Part shown: positions 12,358 through 22,538 of the stretch, in pieces | Numbering within the stretch: the first letter of the stretch is position 1 | Layout of the letters: every line of letters starts with the position of its first letter | Origin: Scyliorhinus canicula | Taxonomy: Eukaryota | Length of the DNA: 64,000 bases | Assembly: GCF_902713615.1 (NCBI RefSeq) | Contig: NC_052150.1 | Coordinates: forward strand, 78,113,790-78,177,789 | Direction of reading: 5' to 3' | Translations under genes and position numbers: made by a program | Notes under the pieces: generated by a model | Seen by the model: the letters and a program-made list of their open reading frames with translations, nothing else | Told to the model about the DNA's origin: nothing | Databases searched by the model: none

Positions 12358-13139
12358 GGATATGACAGCAACGTTCTGAATTACCTCATGTTTATGGAGA
12401 GTGGAGGGCAGGAGTTTGCCTGGAGTGTGTTGGAATGGTCAAGTTCAAAGGTAACAAAGGCAGGGATAAGTGTCAGCAGCAAATGAACTGAATCAGAGAT
12501 AAGTCAAGTGATGCTATGGATATAGAAATAGACAGTCACAGTGATGGCACAGAAGTGGTTAGAAGCTCGGTTCAGAGAAATATGGTGCTAAGCTTGTGAA
12601 CAGTTGGGCTCACCCTCAGATTGTTGCCAGGGAACTGGATGATGTCAGTGTTTGTGACGGGAACCAAAGATTTTAGTTTCAGTTGATCCATTGTCAGCCT
12701 TCTTGGCCTGTCTGTAGTCTTTGACATGTCTGACTGCATCATCCTCTTCAAAAACCTTTGCACAGTCATCCAGCTGGGTGGAGCTGCACACATCTGGTTC
12801 CATTCTTATTTATATAATTGTAGCCAGATAATGAGTTGGACTGCCCTCTTCGCACTCTTGTATCTTCACCTCTGTTGTCACTTTTCAACCACATCTGTAT
12901 AATGGTTTTTAAATCAACCTCATTCATTTCTGGCTGAGTTATTGACTCAAGTATATTGTGATACATGCTTAATGCATTCAACCATAGTGTGTTCAGCCTT
13001 AATCTTTTTCAGTTTTTCTTTTATGTCACCCTAGTCACTAAGGTCCCACTACCACTGGCCAGCTCTCTATCTCTTCCTGACATACTGTAGTCGGTTGATT
13101 TTTACACAAAAAGCTACTTCACTCCTCTTTTATACATCC

Positions 13140-13282
13140 TCAACAAATCTGAAGAATTTGTATGGGCTTGAAACAATTAACTCTGTTTCTCTTTTGGCAG
13201 ATGCTGCCAGACTTACTGAGCATAGCAATATTTTTCTCTTTGTTTCAGATTTTCAGCATCTGCAGTATTTTGCTTTTACTCA
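13140..13282 (+). mobile_element. Penelope terminal-repeat fragment; last clear TE before the Hox domain
   Basis: ctgaagaa...ttgaaacaattaactctgtttctc...cagatgctgccagacttactgag...cagcatctgcagtattttgctttt. Confidence 0.7.
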
Positions 13283-16200
13283 ACAATTCTCTTATTGCTT
13301 TTGAATGACCCTTTCCTGGATCCTCCAACATCCACCCCACCCCCCACCCCTAGCTCCCTTCAGTAATTTAAAACATGATCAACTATAACTATCTATTGTA
13401 CTTCAATTATGCTCAGAAACCAAGTTAGTCATTTTTTGTTGTTTCATGCCATCTAAACCCTACAATGAGTTAGAGTTTCTTTCAGGCCACTCCCTCAGGT
13501 AAATACTATATACCAGCTTGATAGCACAGTTCAAATACTGATTGGCACTCAGGGCTAGGAAAAGATATTCACTACAACCTCACACGTGGATACAAATTAT
13601 GCACGGATAATAGAAAAAAAAAGATATTTTGGATTTATGTCCTTTTGAAAGTAAAATATACATCATAATGAATAATCTGTCCACCATAATAACTCAATTT
13701 ATTTTCAAAGGGCATGTGTAGATCAGATGATAAAGTTTATGAACTCACTCAGATCGCATTTATAACGCTAGCTTTTATTCCTACCCACTTATCATTGACT
13801 GTAATAGTGGACGTTTGCATAAATCTTACATATTTGCACAGTATGATTTTAAAATCAACTATATACACAGTAAATACTAACATGTATATACAGAATATGA
13901 CTTGTTATATGCAAATTGCTTTCAAATTACTTCAAAGTAGTTCTCAGTGGTTAGCAATGATGTTTTCTTCAATGTGCAAAACTAACTTTGAAGTTGAAGG
14001 TCTGGGTGGAAGATTATTATAAACGTTTGGATTTTATCCCCAAAAGAATAGGCCTGAAACGTTTATAGGTAAATAATTTGCAAACTGCAAAAAAATTCAA
14101 CATGCCATTTCAGTTGATCACCAGTTAATATCTCTAAACGGTGTATATTAAACCGAATGCTCCATCTATCTAAATACCATCGATTTCCCTAAGAGCTCAA
14201 TGCAGCATCAGTACCTGTTGTTTAATATTTCTCTCCTGGTCTTGTCGATGACCACAATTCTGAGACAGTCGAAATAAGAGGAAAATATATCTTTTTTAAA
14301 GCTATTTGTTGTTGCAAAAGCGGCACAACAAGATGTTTTTGATGTGTTATGTTCTACGAGTCAGAGTCCCAGTGAGAGCAATCCAGGCGCCTCGCTCAAG
14401 CGAGAACAGCAGTTTAGATTGTGGAAAACCCCAGATTTAAAAAGTAGCATCTTCTCTATTCCTCCTGCAGTCTACTCAACTCAAAGCGAAACTTTTATGT
14501 CTTCTTTATAACTGGCAAGACAGGGAGCCGAACACGGCGGCCAAATCCAGCACTAGCAGGATAACTATATAAGAGTGACCAGACTATTAGTCGCTTATCA
14601 TAATTTTCAACCGGAGACATTTGACATTAAACCTGCATTCATTGCATGGTCGGGTGCTGATCGGGGGCTCTCGTTGATCATATGGGACGGACTGAACGCG
14701 AGCCTGAGAACAGTCATTCACATTTAGTGCATTTGAAACAATGGCTATTATAAAAGACTGGCACTTGTTATGTATTTGTTGGCGGTTAATTGGGGGATTG
14801 TGCAAGTTTCAAGAACGAAGTCAGGGGAAAGCTTGATTTTCAGAAGTGATTGGAATCCCCATCTTTTGAAGTAAATATTTAATTTGCCCGAAGGTTTGAT
14901 TTGCTTATTCAATTATTACATTCTTGTTTGCACTTTTAGCTGAAGGGGCAGCATTTACAGCATTGGACAGAAGTTGCCAACCGACAGGCAGATTATAGCC
15001 TTTGGAAATTGGTGTGTGCCCAATATCGGAAATGTCCAGCACAAGGGTCGAACGGCATTCGATGATAACGTGTTCTGAATGGCAGAGCTTGTTACCAAAG
15101 CTTAATCCCGCTGCCACATGACAAGGCATCTCCAGCCTGGATTTCTAGCAGATCGGGTCATCCACTTTTATTATTTAATCTTGTGCATTGATTTAGCGCC
15201 AGCTAGGAATACAATTCTTGCTGAAAGGGTGCTAAGAATGAGCTTCTGCAAAGGATATATGTATAATACCCGTAGTAAACATTCACTTAGTTCTTCATTT
15301 TGCTGTATCCGTCTCAATATTTGTAGACTTACCGTCAAAAGCTTTACATGTAGTTTTACGTTGGTAGAAAAGTTTTGCTCATGACCATGTTGTTCCTGTA
15401 CAGCTTCCATCATGACGCTGTGATGATAAATACAGATCTCGGGCTAATTGATAACGGGACTATCGAAACGGATCCCAGATGCACAGCAATGCCGCAAGAA
15501 GTGTTTCCCCCATTCATTTCACAATGGGCGAAGACTTGCTTCTTTCTCTGAACATCAACGGAACGAAAAAATAATTTATTTCTTATTCTGTTTCACTTCG
15601 AAGCAATTTCTCTTCATTTTGCAGGGAATGTTTTTGAAGATGTGATCTTATGTCAGTAAATGGCAGGGCGTGCGTGTGAACTGTGTGGTTGTGTGAAATA
15701 TCGCTGAATACTGTGCATATGATTTGCCATTCTGGCTGATATCGATTTCCCTTCCCCATACTTCCTGGTATTAACTGCGAAAATTATGTTTAAACAAACG
15801 GTCAATAGTATTGGATTTGGAAATTTTACATTAATGTTACAGGACAAGAGAAAGGCCGAGCCGGTGGCCGTATGTAAATATCTATAAACACATGCTCACC
15901 AACATCAAAGAAATCATAGAATAAATTGCACATCTTCAATGAGTAAATGGAAAAAGTTCAGCCGCACTGCAAACATGTCATCTTCATCAATGTGTTGAAG
16001 GCAAGGCGTTGGATACAAGCGAGCGTCGAGTTTGTTTGAATATTTCTACTTTTAATAAGTAACGTGTGTCGACAAGAGAGATTGAATATGAATGGGTGCT
16101 GATTTGTAATGTGCTTCGGCTTCTCAAAATTTCTGTAACTGGATGCTCTTGATTATTTCCAATGCACATGTTAAACTCGACTGTTGTTTCCCAATGCAAA

Positions 16201-17954
16201 ATATTAGATATCACGCTAGAGAGAGCAGCTCTGGCATTGCTATCTTCATGGCCTCTTAAAATGATGAATTGGCCCTTACAAACCTGAAGTACGTTTGTTT
16301 AACCTTATGGGCAAAACTATCAAAAGGTCAAAACTTGGATTGTCCTGTGAATAGACTCAGTTAATTATTTCGAAACAAATTGCTGTCTTTTGGTGCAGAA
16401 TAAAACTGTACTTACTGCATAGTTCATGCGTGTTGTTATTACAGTGAACGTGCAAAAGCAAGACGCGTTCATTGTTTTTACAACAGGTTCTGGGCAAAGG
16501 CAGCGACTGCCTAAGTGAATCAAACAATGTCAACCTGAAGTTGATAATGATTGAAACCGTTTGAAACGAGGCCCCCAACAAAAATTCCCGAATTCCTTTT
16601 GCCTTAATCCACACAATCCGCGGAGACAGTTGGGAATCTCTTCCTGAGATGTTTATCCGAACTTTCTTCATCTGGTCCCAAGACCATGTGAGAGCTCACT
16701 TTTGAAACTGTTTAAATATAAACTTAAATTAATTTGTGAACTTTGCGTTATTGGGAAAAAAGAAAAACAGCTGCTTTCTGTAAACTCTGTAACTATGCTT
16801 TGATAACCCAAATCTTGATAGGTCTGTGCCCCGTGTTCAGTTTCAATTTATACTGCCTGTTTCCAGATGATGCTCTTTTGACATATATATTTTGTCCACA
16901 ACCATATGTAGTATTAGTAAGTGAAATGTATTCCTCCCCCATTCAATATCATAAATACCCCCTCCGTCGTCTTTTGTGTGCAATTCACTTTAAACTTTTC
17001 TTCATCCCGTCAAAATGCCTTAGCTAGTGTACTTGCAGTGGCGATTGATGATTTGATTATTTTAGATAGAGGTCGTTCACTGCATTTGCAGCATGATTGT
17101 GTCGCCTTCAGAAAACATTGACTAGTTCACTGTAGTTCACTTTTATATGAGATCGATTCAATATGAGCTGATATTCAGATTGCAAAGCTAATAGAGACTT
17201 GCCTTAATAGCGGCTTTGAATATTGTTCAACGCTTTACAGAAACGTATACAGTAATATGTATACCTCATGCGGAAATCTCATCGCTGCTCCGCGCGTTGC
17301 AAGTACAGAAAATTCTGGCGAAGATTTCAGAATTTTAGTAACCGCGAAAAATGTACCGACACTAAACATTCGGAAACCGATAGGCTGGGGAAATTGGTCC
17401 CAGAAAGATATGTAAACGTTTCTGACAACTTTTTTAAAGCAATCTATTAGGGTTTCATTGTAGGTTGTTGCTGGAAGCTTTATGAATACTAAATAGCCCT
17501 GGATTGCAATGCGATTTGCCATCTTTCAACGAAGTAAATCGTTATATTAAAACAATATCAACGGACACAAGTCTCGTTTAGTGCTGCAACAGTGGCTGAC
17601 CATTTCTGACTCCGTTCTGTCATAAAACTAAACCCAGTATCGATTAGGACGTCAATGTTTATGGAGAAGATTACTCGGAACGTGACCTGTCATTAGAATG
17701 GGACAATAAAGTATAATTAAATATTCATTTATTCAGTGATAGAATGAACTTTGACCTCAAACAAGGATAACAATTTGCTTAATACCCTGCATTTTGGTGT
17801 AGATTTTGAGAGGGTTTTTTTGTAATTATGTGTCCTTTGCTTACACGATGTGGCTGGTGTAAGGAAATTGTCTGGAGTTTGCAATTGGGCTCACCTCGAG
17901 CGAAAACGGGAGGACTCATTTGGAAATGACCCCAACACTGAATTAATTTCGGCT

Positions 17955-17971
17955 TGAACTTTGGGTGAACT
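17955..17971 (-). promoter_or_regulatory. HoxA1 3' DR5 retinoic acid response element
   Basis: AGTTCA-CCCAA-AGTTCA followed by AG, 3.0 kb 3' of the HoxA1 stop. Near-identical to the mammalian Hoxa1 3' RARE as recalled (GGTTCA-CCGAA-AGTTCA-AG). Confidence 0.9.
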
Positions 17972-19735
17972 GGAAATTAAAGAAGGCTGGGCAGGCAGAG
18001 TGGAACTGTTTCTTAGCTGTGGATTTTCCAGTCAGCCTTTCACGCTGAGTAAATATTGATCAGCTTTAGTCTGATTGCCCTGGAGGAAAATGCAGTCTCC
18101 ACATTGGAAGAGGTAAATCCAAGAGGGTGATCGCTCGAATGGAATGGACGTTGCGAGCGATCTCTCACTTTATGGTGAGCAATTCCTGCTAAATCGCTGG
18201 GTTTTAAAAAAAAATCAGCTCCGAAAAAGACAACCGTGCACCTGATAGATCAAATAAAGAACATGTTTCCCAGAGGTAATGGATTGTCAACTGGCTCGTA
18301 CAAGGGGTGGACAGTGGGGTCAGAAGAAGCCCAAACAAATCAAACTCATCAAATTCAGTGTTAGATTTTAGATAATTGAACCAGTTTTACACAGGATATT
18401 ACGGCGAGTTTCGATTGTCACTACGATTCTTTCCGAGCATAAATTCCATCTCAATTTGAAAGTGTAGTTAAGATCTGGTCTTGTGTTGCCAGTAAATCAT
18501 AATTGAGCTTATGGCCACATTTCTCCTTTGGTACATTTTTTAAAAACCTTTCACCTTCCAAGATATGATGTCGTTGTTTAGTTGTATAAAAACGTGAGGG
18601 CGATCATTTTTAACGCGTTGTATCTGCAATTAAATTTGATAAATGGGAACTGATCGGTACATGAATTGATGAGATCCGAAAAGGGGAGCGAGAAACTGTT
18701 TTCCTTTTTCTACAGAGTGGTGTTGAATGTTTATAGTAGCGAGGACTGTGATCTGCAGAGTGAGAAAGCAAATGGATTCCAGGGCGATTGGAGTTTACAC
18801 CTAAACACCAGCAACAGATGGTGAGGCATTATATCCTATGTAATAGCGGAGACCTTGAGATTCAATAATATCTGACACAAATGCTTTGTAATAGTTTGTA
18901 TAAAGGCCCCTGACAACTCTAATTGAGCTTCTAGAAATTAACTCCTGCACAAAATCTAAAATGTTCTACTTCGAGACTTCTATTTTCAGAGATTTAGATC
19001 CATTTCAGTTTCTAAGTTACACCTAAAAAATACTTCAATGGGGCCTCCGTGAAAGGCACGGTATACATGCTAATGTTTCTTGTTGCCTTTTATCTGAAGT
19101 TGTCTTACTGTTTCTTTTCATATTTTAAACTCTAGGTGTCCTTAATGTATTGCAATTAAGAGAGTGGATGGCGAACTGAACATCCACTCCAATAGTCAGG
19201 AAAGAATCAAACGCGTGTGTAGAAAATATAATGCTTAGCTGTTTCCGAGTTTTGACTTTGCCCAGTTTCCTTTGGTAAATAGAAAGTGATACTGGAAACG
19301 CTGAGTATCAAATAAGACAGAAGTTAGAGGTTTCTTTGAAGTTCTCTTGCATCGACTACCATCTTCCAAAGGCAGACAGCTCTATAGCAAACGTCTCCCT
19401 TGATATGGCCGCCTTGCCCTAAAACACCATCGACTTTTGCTATTGACACCAAACTGCATCTAATCATGTTGATTCTGAAGTAAATGCCAGTGACATTCTG
19501 GTCACGCGGCGTCAGCGGTTTGCTAACTCAATGCGATATGAGGAGATTAGTTTAGTTCAGAATGTTGATTTGATAATCCTGCACATTTATTTCGTTATTT
19601 TATATTCCGCTAAACCCGAGTATAGTTATGTAAAATCAGTAAATGATTTGTTGCTAAATCTGAAGCAAAGCTCGTTGATGACAATGACTCGTTGGGAGAG
19701 GCGCTTTGTTTACGTATATGTAAATAAGCCATTCA

Positions 19736-19749
19736 AGGTGAAAAGGTCA
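19736..19749 (+). promoter_or_regulatory. DR2 RARE 3' of HoxA1 (Hoxb1 3' DR2-like)
   Basis: AGGTGA-AA-AGGTCA, 1.2 kb past the stop; compare the Hoxb1 3' DR2 AGGTAA-AA-AGGTCA. Sox-like (acaatg, ctttgt) and Fox-like (tgtttac) motifs lie within 60 bp. Confidence 0.7.
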
Positions 19750-20986
19750 GTGTTTAGATCTACTGTGTGCAGCATTTAACATTGCTTTAAAGACTTCTTT
19801 AAAGACCCGCAGGTATTTGCTATGAGCAGAAAACTTGCCCCATTTGCCTTTTTATTCAACTTGCTTGAAGCAGCCAGCATTAACCTCACTGAAGCCGGGC
19901 GATCTTCGCTCTGTCTTCCTGCCTTATCTGTAAAACTCTGAAATGAGTTTTAGTGTGTATGATGTAAAAGGTTCTGAAGGGAAAACAAGTGTGAAACATA
20001 GTGTGAGTCTGCAAGGTAATAGCGAGGGAAGAGAGAGGGCCACACACTTGATGGTCATAGAGAAGCGCAGCATTTTAATAGAATTTATTATTTGGACCCG
20101 TAAATTCTGTTCTGGATTTCCGCCACAGAAAATCTCAGAACTGATTCAAATCACGTGCTGATTGTACATTACATCTAGTCACACAGTAGAACTGATAAAA
20201 CTCAGTAATGGGTAGGTACACACTGACAGCATTGCACCATGCAACATTTGAGACAAAAACCACAAGGAAAACAATCGTTTGGCTATAAATTACATTAACA
20301 GGTAGCTCATGACATCAAGTCCAACAGATATCGGAGTAAACGTGATCATTTTGAGGTATTTTAACAAGGTACTACTGCTGGTCTTAAGACAAACCACGTA
20401 CTTTTGGGAGGGGGATACATATTTCATATCGTTCAAATTTGACATAGCCCAGTGCAAAGAGGTATCCGATAATTCCTGTACATACAACCTTCCACAGTTT
20501 AAGGAGAGCGCCCCTGTTTGCTCAGCTTACCTTTCTGCAAGTACAAGAGACTCTCACTTACACTTCCATTCATTGATCACATTTTGCTTATAAAAATTCT
20601 ACATCTATATCATATAATGGTCGCTTGACCCTGACTTTCAGTATTATTATTTTTTAGAAAATACTTGTTAAAAAGATAAAACTCTTGACAAAATATATAC
20701 AACCAGCGCAGCTTACAATATATATGCAACACATTAAATTAATATAGGACAATAATATTGTACAATAGTTGGTTCTTAGTGTAAACACTTCTATAATAGT
20801 GCATCTCTGCTTCGCTTAGAGATTGCCAGATCATTTTTCTCCTCCTCCCCCCCCCCCCCCCCCCAACAAAATAAGTTTATTTTGGTTTGTTTCCGGGTTT
20901 TTTAGATCGCATTACACTTTTCCCTTCTAACTTCAAACGACTCGCAAATGAAATGCTTCCCACTCTGGGATTGTTTTGGAAATGTC

Positions 20987-21333
20987 TCATCCTGAAGTGT
21001 GTGTAGTTTCTGAGGTAGGTGACGATGGGGAGGGAGTCGATGAGGTAGATTTATCTGAGGTGTCTTCTGTGGTCGCTTCACTCCCAGGTGTTGCCGGGGA
21101 AGTTGAGGTAAGACCCTCCTTTTCCCGCTTCTTCTGCTTCATCCGCCGGTTCTGGAACCAGATTTTTACCTGCGTTTCGTTGAGCTGAAGAGCAGCAGAA
21201 ATCTCAACTCGCCTGGCCCGGGTCAAGTACTTGTTGAAGTGGAACTCCTTCTCCAGCTCCGTCAGTTGTTTGGTGGTGAAGTTGGTTCTCACCGTGTTTG
21301 GCTGGCCGGCAAAACCAAACTCCCCAGCCTTTC
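20987..21333 (-). CDS. HOXA1: HoxA1 exon 2 (homeodomain)
   Basis: Acceptor ...GATTTAG|GA at 21334/21333. Encodes [73 protein letters not shown]; stop TGA at 20989-20987. 622+347 nt gives 322 aa. Confidence 0.97.
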
Positions 21334-21773
21334 CTAAATCAGGAGGGGGACAAAAAAGCAGGTAAGTGGAAGGGGATCTAAAGGATAGAATGCGACAACT
21401 GCTTGTGACTGCTGGGCTAGTTTCACTGCATTGATAATCAATCATTACCGTTTCAGTAGCTTAGAAATGGCTTGTCAGAAAAGCCTACAAGGATTACTCT
21501 ACAACTGCTACATGCCACCAGCGAGTTGATGTTTAAATTATGCTTCACATCGTGCTGATAAGACTGGAAGGAAGGGATAGATCAAAGGGCAATATAAACG
21601 AAAGGTAAGGCCATCAAATCACCTTGAACAACGGACAACAGATTAAGATTTTTTTTTAACCTGGAGTCTGACGCACTTTATAATCACTTTTCCAAACGCA
21701 CTTGCTACTGTCGGTTTTAGACCTTACAGTTAGTTACCTGTAGAAAGGAATTTACCTGGAAACTAAAATTTAC

Positions 21774-22395
21774 CTGTCTTTGGAGGATTCCTCTTCACTT
21801 TCATCCAATCGAAAGTCTGTGCTGGGGAAGGGGTCTCAGCAGACGGGGGGCAGCAGGCTTCCTGGTGACTGCCATGGACGGGTGACAGAGGGTGACAACC
21901 CGCAGCGAGGGCTAAACTCTGCTGATCTTGTCCGTAAGAGTGGTGGGCATATTGGCCTGGTCCCACCATCCCGCCATAGCTGTGGTTATGAGGGCTGATA
22001 GCTGAGGCAATGTTTCCAGGGTAGACAGCAGGAGCACACTGTTGGTAGCCTCCGCTGCCATCCGTCTCTTGATTCAATGAGTAATGACTGTAGCCTGTGT
22101 TAAAGCTCTGGGCTGGGTATCCTGCCCCACAATTGGGGTGGGCACTGTAGGAAATGCCCAAGTTGTTGTGATGTGTATAGCTAGCATGGTGATGAGGAGG
22201 AGGAGGAGGTGCGCCTATTTGGACACTTCTGCTCACGATATAGCGGTCATCAGCGCTGCAGTTATTATTATTAACGGCACAAGACTGATAAGTTGTAATT
22301 CCTGGATCTACATGGTAACTTCTGGAAGAGCAGGTCCCACTTTCTCCGTTAATGATGGAATAGTCTAGAAAGGAGTTCATCCTTGCATTGTCCAT
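21774..22395 (-). CDS. HOXA1: HoxA1 exon 1
   Basis: N-terminus [12 protein letters not shown], hexapeptide region [14 protein letters not shown], phase-1 donor ACAG|GTAAAT at 21774/21773. Confidence 0.97.
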
Positions 22396-22516
22396 CTGTC
22401 ACTGGGGTAACCAGCATATAAAGTGACAGTCTACCAACCTGGATGGACCGTGCCAACTTGCCCACTTCCTCAATGGGGCTGAAAGAAAATGATATCAATA
22501 TACAGTGAAGTGTCGC

Positions 22517-22538
22517 CACGTGACCAGACCCGTCCAAT
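22517..22538 (-). promoter_or_regulatory. HoxA1 proximal promoter, CCAAT (NF-Y) plus E-box (USF) module
   Basis: Plus strand CACGTG-N11-CCAAT, ~120 bp upstream of the ATG. Confidence 0.7.

Larger units (their letters stand above)
10840..13010. mobile_element. L2-clade LINE relics (minus-strand 3' part ~10840-11316 and 12358-12680; plus-strand RT piece ~12690-13010)
   Basis: Reverse-oriented L2-like 3' sequence (gagaattccagag...aaggcatagccaccaatggt...ctcaagaggccagaatt) and a decayed 'LD(L)S...' RT region near 12715. Heavily degraded. Confidence 0.5.

Noticed and set aside
21334-21445. N-terminal extension of the HoxA1 exon-2 ORF in the track (likewise 27521-27716, 33847-33892, 54292-54304)
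   Set aside because: Intron read-through upstream of clear splice acceptors.
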